Shown here one piece after another: positions 27,406-37,399 of a DNA stretch of 64,000 nucleotides; the first letter of the stretch is position 1; every line of letters begins with the position of its first letter. Under the pieces are notes generated by a model. That model was not told the DNA's origin. It searched no databases and saw only the letters and a list, made by a program, of their open reading frames with translations. The DNA is from an uncultured Oscillospiraceae bacterium (GTDB lineage: Bacteria > Bacillota > Clostridia > Oscillospirales > Oscillospiraceae), in NCBI GenBank assembly GCA_944385475.1, contig CALWXJ010000003.1:290-64289 (forward strand). The letters run 5' to 3'. Made by a program: the position numbers and the translations under genes.

Positions 27406-28425
27406 ATGTACAGTTTTCGGAATGATTACAGCGAGGGTGCACACCCCAAAGTCCTGCAGGCCTTGGTGGATACCAATCTCGTCCAGACTTGCGGATATGG
27501 TCTTGACAACTACTGCGAACAGGCACGCCAGGTGATCCGTTCCCTTACCCAGGCGCCCCAGGCAGATGTCCATTTCCTTGTGGGTGGGACCCAGACCAAC
27601 TATGTGGTAATCCAGTCCCTGCTGCAGCCCTATGAGGCCGTCATCGCTGCTCAAAGCGGCCATATCAGCGTCCACGAGACCGGCGCGGTGGAGGCTACCG
27701 GCCACAAGGTCTGCACCGTCTCCTCCCAAGACGGCAAGGTCACCCCCCAGATGGTGGAATCTGTGGTAAAAGGTCACAGCTCTGAACATATGGTGTCTCC
27801 CAAGCTGCTCTACATCTCTGACACCACAGAAGTGGGCACCATCTATACCAAGGCGGAGCTGGAGGCCCTGCGCCGCTGCTGTGATGAACACGGGCTCTAT
27901 CTTTTCCTGGACGGTGCCCGCCTCGGCAGCGCTCTCACCGCCCCGGGAAATGATCTGACCCTGCCGGATCTTGCCCGTCTTACCCACGCCTTCTCCATTG
28001 GCGGGACGAAAAACGGTGCCCTTTTCGGCGAGGCCGTGGTGATGACCGTTCCCAATGAACACTTCCGCTGGCATATGAAGCAGCGGGGCGCTATGCTGGC
28101 CAAGGGCCGACTCCTGGGCGTCCAGTTCCTGGCCCTTTTCCAAAATGATCTCTACTTCGATATGGCCCGCCACGCAAATGAGATGGCCCTGCGCCTGCGG
28201 GACGGTATGGCTGCTCTGGGTCTTTCCTTCTCTGTTCCCTCCCCCTCCAACCAGCAGTTTGTCATCATGCCCAATCAGGTATCCCAGCGTCTCATCGCCA
28301 AGGGTTATCCCCTGGAGCCGGATCCCTTGGACGCCTCCTGCGGCATCGTGCGCTTTGTCACCAGCTGGGCAACTCCTCCAGAGGCAGTGGAGGAATTCCT
28401 GCGGGACTTGAAGGATTGCCTGTGA
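27406..28425 (+). CDS. Low-specificity L-threonine aldolase (PLP)
   Basis: SFRNDYSEGAHP, GGTQTN, HETGAVE, LDGARL, GGTKNG, RFVTSW. Confidence 0.92.
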   Translation: MYSFRNDYSEGAHPKVLQALVDTNLVQTCGYGLDNYCEQARQVIRSLTQAPQADVHFLVGGTQTNYVVIQSLLQPYEAVIAAQSGHISVHETGAVEATGHKVCTVSSQDGKVTPQMVESVVKGHSSEHMVSPKLLYISDTTEVGTIYTKAELEALRRCCDEHGLYLFLDGARLGSALTAPGNDLTLPDLARLTHAFSIGGTKNGALFGEAVVMTVPNEHFRWHMKQRGAMLAKGRLLGVQFLALFQNDLYFDMARHANEMALRLRDGMAALGLSFSVPSPSNQQFVIMPNQVSQRLIAKGYPLEPDPLDASCGIVRFVTSWATPPEAVEEFLRDLKDCL

Positions 28426-28441
28426 TCTCTTTTCTTCCTTT

Positions 28442-28473
28442 GCCGGACGGTCAAAAACCGTCCGGCGTTTTTT
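28442..28473 (+). terminator. Terminator of the threonine aldolase gene
   Basis: GCCGGACGGT-CAAAA-ACCGTCCGGC followed by a T tract. Confidence 0.8.
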
Positions 28474-28486
28474 CGCTTTTTGAGTA

Positions 28487-28556
28487 GAACAAAAATTCGA
28501 TTTTTCCCTTGACAAGAACGCTTGTTCGAGTTAAAGTATAGACAGAACAACAGTTC
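28487..28556 (+). promoter_or_regulatory. SOS promoter: three Firmicute LexA boxes over a sigmaA promoter
   Basis: GAACaaaaATTC 28487-98, GAACgcttGTTC 28516-27 and GAACaacaGTTC 28545-56, all followed by GA and spaced 29 bp apart; TTGACA 28509-14, N17, TAAAGT 28532-37. Confidence 0.9.
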
Positions 28557-28573
28557 GATTCGGAGGGATATGA

Positions 28574-28696
28574 ATGAATATTTGGATGTTTCTTTTTGTT
28601 CTGGTGGGTGTTGCGTTTACCACCTCTCAGCTATTTCGCCTGGTGGACCTGATTGAACGTCCCGCTCGCCCCCGGCGGCGGACCGCACAGCGCTGA
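28574..28696 (+). CDS. 40-aa single-TM small protein, first gene of the SOS operon (not in ORF track)
   Basis: GGAGG RBS 7 nt upstream; MNIWMFLFVLVGVAFTTSQLFRLVDLIERPARPRRRTAQR*; ends 12 nt before the radical SAM gene. Confidence 0.7.
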   Translation: MNIWMFLFVLVGVAFTTSQLFRLVDLIERPARPRRRTAQR

Positions 28697-28708
28697 TGGG
28701 GCCGTCCC

Positions 28709-29965
28709 ATGGATGTACTGGAGAAGCTGACGATCCTGACAGATGCTGCCAAATATGATGCCGCATGCACCTCCAGTGGGGCCAGCCGCCCCGCAAAGGC
28801 AGGCTATGTGGGCAATACCACTTCCACAGTAAGCGGCTGCTGCCACAGTTTTTCCGCAGATGGCCGCTGTATTTCCCTCTTAAAAGTCCTGATGACAAAT
28901 TTCTGCGTGTACGACTGTAAGTACTGCGTCAATCGCCGCAGCAATGATACCCGACGTACGATGTTCACGCCCCGAGAACTGTCAGAGCTGACACTTCAGT
29001 TTTACCGAAGGAATTACATTGAAGGACTGTTTCTCTCTTCCGGTGTCCTGCGCAGCCCTGATTACACCATGGAGCAGATGATCAAAACACTGCGCCTTTT
29101 GCGAGAGGAGTATCGTTTTAATGGATACATCCATGCCAAGGCGATTCCCGGCTCTTCTCCGGAGCTGATAGAACAGCTGGGGCTTTTGGCAGATCGGCTG
29201 AGCGTCAATATCGAGCTTCCCTCTGAGGCAGGGCTGCGCTCCCTGGCCCCGGATAAAACAAAGGGCGCCATTCTGGCACCTATGAGACAGATCACGCAGC
29301 GAAATCTCCAGGCGAGGGAAGAACTGATGAAATACCGGCACGCTCCCCGGTTCGCTCCGGCGGGGCAAAGCACGCAACTCATTGTGGGTGCCACGGCGGA
29401 TTCCGATCTCCACATTCTGCGGCTGACCCAGGGGCTGTACGACCGATATCGTCTCAAACGGGTATTTTACTCAGCCTATGTGCCGGTGGTGGAGCATGCG
29501 CTCCTGCCTGCCCGGGATGTGAAACCTCCTCTGCTCCGGGAACACCGCCTGTACCAGGCTGACTGGCTACTTCGTTTTTACGGCTTCCGGGCCGAGGAAC
29601 TCTTTGGCCCGCAGCAGGAAAATTTTGATCTCCGTCTGGATCCCAAATGCGGCTGGGCCATCACCCATCCGGAGTTCTTCCCGGTAGAGGTGAATACGGC
29701 GGACTACGAAATGCTGCTGCGGGTGCCGGGCATCGGCGTGACCTCCGCCCGGCGGATCCTCCGGGCCCGGCGCAGCGGCGCTTTGCGGATGGAGGAGCTG
29801 AAAAAGTTAGGGGTCGTCATGAAGCGGGCGCAATATTTTTTGACTGCCTCCGGCCGTATGACCCAGGGGCTGCGCTTTTCCCGGGAAAGCCTTCTCTCCG
29901 GTCTCATTGCCGCAGAAAATGCCTCTTTGCCGCAAGCGGAAGGTGTGCAGCTATCTTTATTCTGA
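28709..29965 (+). CDS. Putative DNA modification/repair radical SAM protein (TIGR03916-type)
   Basis: AKYDAACTSSG, CHSFSADGRCISLLK, CVYDCKYC (CxxxCxxC), REHRLYQADWLLRFYGF, HhH motif LLRVPGIG. Confidence 0.93.
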   Translation: MDVLEKLTILTDAAKYDAACTSSGASRPAKAGYVGNTTSTVSGCCHSFSADGRCISLLKVLMTNFCVYDCKYCVNRRSNDTRRTMFTPRELSELTLQFYRRNYIEGLFLSSGVLRSPDYTMEQMIKTLRLLREEYRFNGYIHAKAIPGSSPELIEQLGLLADRLSVNIELPSEAGLRSLAPDKTKGAILAPMRQITQRNLQAREELMKYRHAPRFAPAGQSTQLIVGATADSDLHILRLTQGLYDRYRLKRVFYSAYVPVVEHALLPARDVKPPLLREHRLYQADWLLRFYGFRAEELFGPQQENFDLRLDPKCGWAITHPEFFPVEVNTADYEMLLRVPGIGVTSARRILRARRSGALRMEELKKLGVVMKRAQYFLTASGRMTQGLRFSRESLLSGLIAAENASLPQAEGVQLSLF

Positions 29966-29992
29966 ATCAGGTTTTGACAGGAAAACAGGCAA

Positions 29993-30850
29993 ATGAAGGA
30001 AATCACCTATTGCTATGACGGAAGTTTTGACGGATTCCTCTGTTGTATTTTTGAAAGCTATGTCCGAAAAGAGATCCCCACCGCGATTTTCTGCGATGGG
30101 GATCCCTTTCCTGCACTTTTTCCCTCTTGCTTTATTGAGACAAACGCGCATCACGCACGGCGCGTGTTCTGTAAAGTAAAATACCTTTCCCCTTATGCCG
30201 GCAACATCCTTCAGCGGGCCTTCCTCACCTGCATGCCGGAAAAAGAAATTTTTCTGTACCGTCTGGTGGAAAGGCTTCTGCGGGAGGGCCCTTCCTTCCT
30301 GCGCCGCCAAACAGACAACACCCTCTACCCCCTTTTGACTGCCATCCGGCATCTGCAAAACGAAGCGCATCTTTTGAAAGGATTCCTGCGCTTTTCGGAC
30401 TTGAACGGTGTTTTGGGAAGTGAGATCCAGCCCAAAAATCAGGTCTTACCCCTTCTGCAAGGACATTTTTGCGCCCGATATCACCAAGAGCGTTTCTTCA
30501 TTTATGACCGTACACATCACCAGGCCCTTTTCCACGTTCCCGGAAAAAGCGTCCTTCAGCCTCTGTCCTTTTTTGAAATGGCACCCCCAGATTCCCAGGA
30601 GGCGCACTATCGCCTCCTTTGGAAGCGTTTTTTTGACACAGTGGCCATCCGGGAGCGGGAAAACCCCGTCTGTCAGCGCACGCATCTGCCCAAACGATAC
30701 CGGGGCACCATGACGGAATTTCAAGAGGCCACAGAATTCAAATCTCCAGGCTCTCCCGCAGCCGTGCCAGCCCCCGGCGTTCCAGGCGGGATATCTGCAC
30801 CTGAGAGACTTTTAGGATCCGAGCCGTCTGTTCCTGGGTCATCCCCTTGA
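29993..30850 (+). CDS. TIGR03915/DUF4130 putative DNA repair partner protein
   Basis: YDGSFDGFLCCIF, EAHLLKGFLRF, HFCARY, IYD, LWKRFF..IRERENP..HLPKRY. Confidence 0.9.
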   Translation: MKEITYCYDGSFDGFLCCIFESYVRKEIPTAIFCDGDPFPALFPSCFIETNAHHARRVFCKVKYLSPYAGNILQRAFLTCMPEKEIFLYRLVERLLREGPSFLRRQTDNTLYPLLTAIRHLQNEAHLLKGFLRFSDLNGVLGSEIQPKNQVLPLLQGHFCARYHQERFFIYDRTHHQALFHVPGKSVLQPLSFFEMAPPDSQEAHYRLLWKRFFDTVAIRERENPVCQRTHLPKRYRGTMTEFQEATEFKSPGSPAAVPAPGVPGGISAPERLLGSEPSVPGSSP

Positions 30851-31442
30851 AATACCGCAGCAAAATGGTCATCCTCTCCTTTTCCGGAAGATGGTCAATG
30901 GCTTCTCGCAGGGCGATCCGCTCCACCATTCCCTCCTCCGGGGCCTCTGTTCCCAAAAGCCCTTCCAGCGTCAGCCCATCCGCGGTTTCCTGCTGCAGCG
31001 ATTCCGGCGCCTCTGTGGCCAAGTCGATTTTTGCGATGTCCTCCACGCTCCACCCCGTACTCTCTGAAAGTTCTGACAGAGCTGGCTCTCTCCCCAGGGT
31101 GTGCCGGAGCCGCTCCCGGAGGGTATAGAGGGTGTTGGCCTGCTCTTTTATGGTCCTGCCCACCTTCACCGCTCCATCGTCCCGTAGAAATCGCCGGATT
31201 TCTCCGGCAATTTTGGGAACGGCATATGTGGAAAAACAGGTCCCATAGGAAAAGTCAAATCCCTGTACAGCTTTTAGAAACCCAAGGCATGCCAGCTGAT
31301 AGAGATCGTCTGTCTCCACGCCTCTCCCGTAGTACCGCCTTACTACGCTCCAGATCAGTCCGCTGTTTTCCACCACCACCTGCTCCCGGGCCTGGGGATC
31401 CCCCGCCTGGGCTGCCCGCAGCAGATCCAACGTCTCCGTCAT
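30738..31442 (-). CDS. sigF: Sporulation sigma factor SigF
   Basis: Third gene of spoIIA; FSTYAVPKIAGEIRRFLRDDG, TQEQTARILKVSQVQISRLE. Confidence 0.95.
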   Translation of the reverse strand: MTETLDLLRAAQAGDPQAREQVVVENSGLIWSVVRRYYGRGVETDDLYQLACLGFLKAVQGFDFSYGTCFSTYAVPKIAGEIRRFLRDDGAVKVGRTIKEQANTLYTLRERLRHTLGREPALSELSESTGWSVEDIAKIDLATEAPESLQQETADGLTLEGLLGTEAPEEGMVERIALREAIDHLPEKERMTILLRYFKGMTQEQTARILKVSQVQISRLERRGLARLRESLEI

Positions 31443-31882
31443 TTTTTCACTCTGGGGGCGATCCGCTTGCGCATTACCACAGTGGTGCCCTTTCCGGGGG
31501 TGGAACGGACACTCAGGCGGTCCATGAAGCTTTCCATGATGGTAAATCCCATGCCGCTGCGTTCTTCTCCCCCTGTGGTAAACATAGGCTGGCGTGCCTG
31601 CTGGACGTCCTGGATCCCTCTTCCCCGGTCCTTTACCATCACTTCCAGCACACTGTCCGGATAGATCCGCATCCGCAGGCTTACTTTTCCCAGGCTCTCA
31701 GGGTAGGCATGTACAATGGCATTGGTCACCGCTTCGCTGACGGAGGTCTTGATATCCTCCACCTCGTTAAGGGTGGGGTCCATCTGCGCGGCAAAACAGG
31801 CCGCAGCAGACCGGGCAAAGCTCTCGTTGCTGCTGCAGCTGAGAAATTCAATGACTGCCTCATTGATGAATTTCCTTTTCAT
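31439..31882 (-). CDS. spoIIAB: Anti-sigma F factor
   Basis: NESFAR, SEAVTNAIVHAY, ERSGMGFTIMESFMD. Confidence 0.97.
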   Translation of the reverse strand: MKRKFINEAVIEFLSCSSNESFARSAAACFAAQMDPTLNEVEDIKTSVSEAVTNAIVHAYPESLGKVSLRMRIYPDSVLEVMVKDRGRGIQDVQQARQPMFTTGGEERSGMGFTIMESFMDRLSVRSTPGKGTTVVMRKRIAPRVKK

Positions 31883-31894
31883 ATGTACTCCTCC

Positions 31895-32200
31895 TTATTT
31901 AATAGTCACCAGACGGCTGATCCCGGCGGCATCCAGGACCCGCCGCGCCTGGGGGGGGACGCCCCGAACCATAAGACTTCCATCCAGCAGCTGCATTCTC
32001 TGCTGCGTACGCAGGATCAGGGCGATCCCGGAGCTGTCCATAAATGTCACCCCGCTAAAATCCAGGACCAGGCGTTTCGGCAGGGCTGCGTCAATGGCCC
32101 GCTCCGCCTGGTGCAGGGCATCCCGCGCCCCATGATGGTCCAGATCCCCCAAAAATTCCAAAAGCAGATTCCGATCTGCAGCGGTCTCTCGAATTTCCAT
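31895..32200 (-). CDS. spoIIAA: Anti-sigma F antagonist
   Basis: GDLDHH, FMDSSG STAS motif. Confidence 0.95.
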   Translation of the reverse strand: MEIRETAADRNLLLEFLGDLDHHGARDALHQAERAIDAALPKRLVLDFSGVTFMDSSGIALILRTQQRMQLLDGSLMVRGVPPQARRVLDAAGISRLVTIK

Positions 32201-32258
32201 AAGCATTCCCTTTCTGAAGAGTCCTTGACATAAGGCCTGCATTTGAGGCGTTGCTTTT

Positions 32259-32292
32259 ATTATAAAAGCTTGTCCCCTTGCTTTTTGTCGGA
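32259..32292 (-). promoter_or_regulatory. spoIIA promoter: TATAAT with a Spo0A-like box 21 bp upstream
   Basis: + strand ATTATA at 32259-64 and TGTCGGA at 32286-92 (one mismatch to TGNCGAA). Confidence 0.55.
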
Positions 32293-32591
32293 TTTCTTCC
32301 GCAGCTGCAAAAAGTCTCCCTTTTGTGCCCGTTTGCCTTTGAAAAGGGCGCACTGCGTCTTGTAAATTATTTGGATCTTTGTGTTCTTGGCAGCGGTCTT
32401 CTTTCCTGTATGGTCAAAATACGGGGCGACCCCCTATAAATTTCCCGCGTTTCTTTGTGTTTTGACTCTTTTCTGGAAGTTTACCCATATTTTCCAGGCC
32501 TATCCCCTTGTGCTTTCAAAATTCGTCATGCATTTCTTTTTTCCCTCTCTTTTCTTTAAAGGGGGGGATTTTGTGGAGGCTCTCCTGACGC

Positions 32592-32631
32592 AAAAAAAGC
32601 GTGTCACCTTTTTCAGGTGACACGCTTTTTT
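32592..32631 (-). terminator. valS terminator
   Basis: AAAAAAGCGTGTCACC-TTTTTC-AGGTGACACGCTTTTTT. Confidence 0.85.
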
Positions 32632-32642
32632 CAAAAGGGCCG

Positions 32643-35279
32643 TCAGCCCTCCATGGCTTTTGCGGACTCCTCCAGCTTTGTGATCAATTCTCTCAGCTTG
32701 GCGGCTTTTTCCCGTTCAGCGTTGACCACTGCCTCCGGGGCCCGGGAGACAAACTTCTCATTGGAGAGTTTCTGTTCCACGATCCGAAGGCCGTTTTCCG
32801 CCTTCTCCTTTTCCTTTGCGATACGTTCCCGCTCGGCGTCCAGATCCACCAGCTCGCTCAAGGGCAGATATGCAGTGGCATTATGCGTCACCACGGTCAC
32901 CAGCCCGGAAACGTTGGCAGGTGCTTCTTTCGCCAGCTTCACCTCACTGGCGTAAGCCAGGCGCTGGATAAAATGCGTCCCCTGGGCATAAAGCTCCGGA
33001 CTATCCGTCACAATCAGCACCTCTGCTTTTTTGGAGGGGGCCACGTTCATCTCACTACGGCGGGCGCGGATGGCCTTGATAGTGTCCATAACAGCTTCCA
33101 GATTGGACTCTTCCTTGGGGAAGTTGAGGTTCTGCCGGTATTCCGGCCAATGGGCCGTCATGATATAGGCCTCCTCATGGGGCAGGGCCTGATAGATCTC
33201 CTCTGTAATAAACGGCATAAAGGGATGCAAAAGCTTTAAAAGCTCCGTGAGAACATAGCAAAGGACATTCTGCGCCACCAGCTTGGCACCCTCGTCCGTG
33301 CCGCTCAAGCGGGTCTTGGTAAGCTCAATATACCAGTCGCAGTAGGTGTCCCACAAAAAGTCATAGACTTTTGCAGAGGCCACACCGATCTCATAGCTGT
33401 CCAGGTTTTCCGTGACCTCTTTCACCAAGGTGTTGAGCTTGGAGAGAACCCACTTATCCTCTGGGGCCAGCTGCTCCGCCGCAGGCAGAACACACTGCTC
33501 AATGGTGAGGTTCATCATCACAAAGCGGCTGGCGTTCCAGATCTTATTGGCAAAGTTGCGCATCGCCTCGCACTTTTCCGTGTAGAAGCGAGTATCATTT
33601 CCGGGGGAGTTGCCGGTGATAAGGTTGAAGCGCAGGGCGTCGGCGCCGTACTTCTCCGCCATCTCCAGGGGATCGATGCCATTGCCCAGAGACTTGGACA
33701 TCTTGCGGCCCTTATCGTCCCGGACCAAGCCATGGATCAGCACGGTGTGGAAGGGGATCTTCTTCATCTGCTCACAGCCGGAAAAGATCATCCGCGCCAC
33801 CCAGAAGAAGATGATATCATAGCCGGTAACCATGACAGACGTGGGATAATAGAAGTCCAGATCCTTGGTTTTTTCCGGCCAACCCAAGGTAGAGAAGGGC
33901 CACAGAGCGCTGGAGAACCAAGTGTCCAGCACGTCAGGATCCCGAGTCAGGTGGGTACAGCCGCACTTTTCACACACCGTGGGATCCTCCCGGGAGACGT
34001 TGATATGGCCGCACGCATCGCAGTACCACGCGGGGATCTGGTGGCCCCACCACAGCTGGCGGGAAATGCACCAGTCATGGACATTTTCCATCCAGTTGAT
34101 ATAGGTTTTGGAGAAGCGATCGGGGACGAACTTCACCTCGCCCTCTTTCACCACCCGCAAAGCCTCTTTAGCAAGAGGCTCCATCTTCACAAACCACTGG
34201 GCGGAGATCAGCGGCTCCACATCGTTGTGGCAGCGATAGCAGGTGCCCACGTTATGGTTATAGGGCTCCGTCTTCACCAGGTAGCCCTGCTCCTCCAAGT
34301 CCTTGACGATCTGCTTGCGGCATTCATAGCGGTCCATCCCATTGTAGGGGCCGCCGTTTTCGTTGATCTTTCCGTCGTCGCCAATGCAGCGGATGATGGC
34401 CAAATTGTGGCGCTGTCCCACCTCAAAGTCGTTGGGATCGTGGGCGGGGGTCATCTTCACCGCACCGGTACCGAAGCCTAACTCCACATAGTCGTCTGCC
34501 ACAATGGGGATCTCCCGGTTCATAATAGGCAGGATGCAGGTCTTGCCCACAAGGTGCTTGAACCGCTCATCCTCAGGGTTCACGGCAACGCCCGTGTCCC
34601 CCATCATGGTTTCAGGCCGGGTGGTGGCAACCACCAAATCGCCGGATCCGTCGGCAAGGGGATACCGGATATACCACAGGTGGCCGGGCTTGTCCTGATA
34701 CTCCACCTCCGCGTCAGAAAGGGCCGTGACGCAGTGGGGGCACCAGTTGATGATACGGCTTCCCTTGTAAATGAGCCCTTTGTCATAAAGCTCACAGAAC
34801 GTCTCCCGCACGGCCTTGGAGCAGCCTTCGTCCATAGTAAAGCGGGAGCGGCTCCAGTCACAGGAAACGCCCAGCTTCTTCTGCTGTTCCACGATGCGGC
34901 CGCCGTACTTCTCCTTCCACTGCCACACGCGCTCCAAAAACTTCTCCCGGCCCAGATCGTAACGGGTCAGGCCCTCTTTGGTCCGCAGCTCCTCCTCCAC
35001 CTTGATCTGGGTGGCAATGCCGGCGTGGTCTGTTCCGGGGAGCCACAGGGCGGAGTATCCCTGCATCCGCTTGAAGCGGGTCAAAATATCCTGCAGTGTG
35101 CAGTCCAGCGCATGCCCCATATGGAGCTGGCCCGTGACGTTGGGTGGCGGCATCACAATGGAAAAGGGCTTTTTCTTGGGATCGGGGTCCCCCTTAAAGC
35201 AGTCGGCCTCTTCCCACATCTGATAAATGCGGCTTTCCACCTGCTGGGGTTCATACGTTTTGGGAAGTTCTTTTCTCAT
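32643..35279 (-). CDS. valS: Valine-tRNA ligase
   Basis: [31 protein letters not shown]-terminal coiled coil. Confidence 0.99.
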   Translation of the reverse strand: MRKELPKTYEPQQVESRIYQMWEEADCFKGDPDPKKKPFSIVMPPPNVTGQLHMGHALDCTLQDILTRFKRMQGYSALWLPGTDHAGIATQIKVEEELRTKEGLTRYDLGREKFLERVWQWKEKYGGRIVEQQKKLGVSCDWSRSRFTMDEGCSKAVRETFCELYDKGLIYKGSRIINWCPHCVTALSDAEVEYQDKPGHLWYIRYPLADGSGDLVVATTRPETMMGDTGVAVNPEDERFKHLVGKTCILPIMNREIPIVADDYVELGFGTGAVKMTPAHDPNDFEVGQRHNLAIIRCIGDDGKINENGGPYNGMDRYECRKQIVKDLEEQGYLVKTEPYNHNVGTCYRCHNDVEPLISAQWFVKMEPLAKEALRVVKEGEVKFVPDRFSKTYINWMENVHDWCISRQLWWGHQIPAWYCDACGHINVSREDPTVCEKCGCTHLTRDPDVLDTWFSSALWPFSTLGWPEKTKDLDFYYPTSVMVTGYDIIFFWVARMIFSGCEQMKKIPFHTVLIHGLVRDDKGRKMSKSLGNGIDPLEMAEKYGADALRFNLITGNSPGNDTRFYTEKCEAMRNFANKIWNASRFVMMNLTIEQCVLPAAEQLAPEDKWVLSKLNTLVKEVTENLDSYEIGVASAKVYDFLWDTYCDWYIELTKTRLSGTDEGAKLVAQNVLCYVLTELLKLLHPFMPFITEEIYQALPHEEAYIMTAHWPEYRQNLNFPKEESNLEAVMDTIKAIRARRSEMNVAPSKKAEVLIVTDSPELYAQGTHFIQRLAYASEVKLAKEAPANVSGLVTVVTHNATAYLPLSELVDLDAERERIAKEKEKAENGLRIVEQKLSNEKFVSRAPEAVVNAEREKAAKLRELITKLEESAKAMEG

Positions 35280-35363
35280 ATGCATTCTCCTGTTCTCTCA
35301 AAGAGATCGTTATTGCGTGATCTGTGGCCACAGCTTTTCCCGTTTTCTCCTCCATAAAACGGC

Positions 35364-35615
35364 AAAAAAACGCCCTGGGCCTTCTGGCTCAGGGCGAACG
35401 ATTGTCCGTGGTACCACCTGGATTCGTGTCAAACACGCACTCAGCGGGCGCTTTTGCACCCATTCCCAGATAACGGCGGGAACCGCCGCAGCTTACTGAT
35501 CCTTCAGCTCCGGTGCTCCAGGGCGACTTCCCCAGCGGCTTCACGGAAACTCTCACCTGCCGTTCCCTCTCTTGGCATCCGCCTGCTGGATACTGCTCCC
35601 CTTCTTTGCAATCTC
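35364..35615 (-). promoter_or_regulatory. T-box riboswitch (Val specifier) in the valS leader
   Basis: Minus strand: AGTA, AGAGA and GGTGAGA elements, specifier loop GAA-GTC (Val), CCGTTA, T-box CAGGTGGTACCACG, terminator CGCCCTGAGCC..GGCCCAGGGCG-T7; promoter TTGACA-N17-TATACT at 35628-35656. Confidence 0.92.
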
Positions 35616-35707
35616 ATATATGCAAAGAGTATATAATAGCGGCAAAATTTTGTCAAGTCTGCCGGGAACCCTCCGGCGGAAAATTTCCCCTCACTTTTTA
35701 TATTGGA

Positions 35708-36409
35708 TCAGCTCAAGCGGCAGATCTCCCGCTTTAAACGCTGAATAATGCGCTTTTCCAACCTGGAAATATAGGACTGGGAAATGCCCAGGCGGTCTGC
35801 CACCTCCTTTTGGGTTTGGCCGCTGTTTCCCCCCAGGCCGAAGCGCAGTGTAATGATCTCCCGCTCCCGGGGGGAGAGGGTCTTCAAAGCCGCCGCCAGC
35901 AGATCCCGGTCCACATCCTCCTCAATGGGACGCACCACGATATCGGGCTCCGTCCCCAGTACATCGGATAAAAGCAGTTCATTGCCGTCCCAGTCCGTAT
36001 TCAGCGGCTCATCCAAGGACACTTCGCTGCGGCGGTTGGCAGTCTTGCGCAGGTGCATCAAGATCTCGTTTTCAATGCACCGGGAGGCATAGGTAGCAAG
36101 CTTGATGTTCTTGTCCGCTTGATAGGTCCCCACGGCTTTGATCAGACCGATGGTTCCGATGGAGATAAGGTCTTCCATACCGACCCCGGTATTTTCATAC
36201 CGCCGGGCAATGTACACCACCAGCCTCAAATTATGTTCGATGACCTCCTGTCGGGCTTCCAGCTCATCCAGCCGGCCCAGTAGCTCTGCCTCCCGCTCTT
36301 TGCTCAGAGGCTGGGGCAGGGTGTCACTGCCGCCAATGTAATGAACTTCTTCACAGGGAAGAATCCCTGCTTTTTGCAGGATGCTCAGACACCAACTTAA
36401 AATTTGCAC
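35708..36409 (-). CDS. sigE: Sporulation sigma factor SigE (pro-sigmaE)
   Basis: Pro-sequence then [58 protein letters not shown]. Confidence 0.97.
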   Translation of the reverse strand: MQILSWCLSILQKAGILPCEEVHYIGGSDTLPQPLSKEREAELLGRLDELEARQEVIEHNLRLVVYIARRYENTGVGMEDLISIGTIGLIKAVGTYQADKNIKLATYASRCIENEILMHLRKTANRRSEVSLDEPLNTDWDGNELLLSDVLGTEPDIVVRPIEEDVDRDLLAAALKTLSPREREIITLRFGLGGNSGQTQKEVADRLGISQSYISRLEKRIIQRLKREICRLS

Positions 36410-37286
36410 CGCGCACACGCTCCTCTCTTACCGCGCCGCCCCAAAGGGCGCTGTAGTCTGTTCCCACCTCTGTGGGTGACAGCGCAAAGCGCTGCCCTGT
36501 ATAGGACCTTCCTCCGACTTCCATCCAATCGCTTCGCAGTGTCAGCATCAGCCCCCGCTCTTTCCCAACGGATCGATACGGCAAAAGCCGGGGAGCCAGA
36601 GCTGGTGCTTTTTTCAGGATCGACTGGAGCAGCTCATCCGGTGCAGCCAGGGCCTCCGGCGTCAAAAGCTCCTCCACCTCCCGGGGAAGCGCACTCTTAG
36701 CCACAGAGGGCGAAAGCACCAGAACAGGGCGGTCATCCAGGGGATCCCGCAAACCGTTTCCGGTATCGTGCAGAGCGGTACAGGTGGTTACCCGGCCTGA
36801 CACACAAAGGCGCACCGGAAATCGGGTCCCTTCCACCCCATGACGTAAGATTCCCCGTAAGAGGAGCCTGGTGAGAAAGTACGCTGCGGCGGCGGCTGTC
36901 AAGAGCACGGTGCCATCCACATCTGTATAGAAAATGCCCTGCTGCACCGGCACCCTGCTCCCGGCCACCAGGCTCAAGGTCAAAACGCAACCCGCCATGG
37001 CGCAGGATACCGCGGCAAACAGCAAGGTCAGCCGCAGCATCCTCTGCTGTCGGCCATAGGCAGCTACCGCCATCACCACCAGGACGGCTGCCTTTACCGG
37101 CGGTTCTCCCAACCAGTGCAACCCCGGCAAAAAGACTCCCACCGCGTAAACGGCCCCCACCAGCGCCCCCAGAACATAACGCCTGCGGCACAAGGGAATC
37201 CCCGCTATCCGGGCCGCCACCAGCAGCAATAAGTAATCCATTAATCCATTTAAAAAAAAGACGCTGTCCAGATACACCGTTGGCAT
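36351..37286 (-). CDS. spoIIGA: Pro-sigmaE processing aspartic peptidase
   Basis: [18 protein letters not shown], multiple TM helices, DTGNGLRDP; upstream of sigE. Confidence 0.93.
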   Translation of the reverse strand: MPTVYLDSVFFLNGLMDYLLLLVAARIAGIPLCRRRYVLGALVGAVYAVGVFLPGLHWLGEPPVKAAVLVVMAVAAYGRQQRMLRLTLLFAAVSCAMAGCVLTLSLVAGSRVPVQQGIFYTDVDGTVLLTAAAAAYFLTRLLLRGILRHGVEGTRFPVRLCVSGRVTTCTALHDTGNGLRDPLDDRPVLVLSPSVAKSALPREVEELLTPEALAAPDELLQSILKKAPALAPRLLPYRSVGKERGLMLTLRSDWMEVGGRSYTGQRFALSPTEVGTDYSALWGGAVREERVRGANFKLVSEHPAKSRDSSL

Positions 37287-37314
37287 CCTCAGGCCCCCTT
37301 TCGTCCACGCAGTC

Positions 37315-37348
37315 ATTATAGGCCGGTCCTGCCGGAAAACCCGTCGGA
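37315..37348 (-). promoter_or_regulatory. spoIIG promoter: TATAAT with Spo0A-like boxes
   Basis: + strand ATTATA at 37315-20, TGCCGGA at 37330-36, CGTCGGA at 37342-48 (21 bp from the -10). Confidence 0.55.
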
Positions 37349-37399
37349 AAAAAGGAGGGTGGCAGCGGCACCCTCCTCTTGTTCTCCCAGATTCATGTA

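Noticed and set aside
28570-28656. Alternative 28-aa ORF MNEYLDVSFCSGGCC... from the first ATG
   Set aside because: Only 3 nt from the GGAGG RBS; the ATG at 28574 has optimal spacing and abuts the next gene
32381-32620. 79-aa Phe-rich ORF between spoIIAA and valS
   Set aside because: Low-complexity translation of an AT-rich intergenic/terminator region with no RBS
36351-36409. spoIIGA/sigE overlap as a frameshift or pseudogene
   Set aside because: Both ORFs are intact with catalytic motifs; the overlap is explained by a slightly extended SpoIIGA tail
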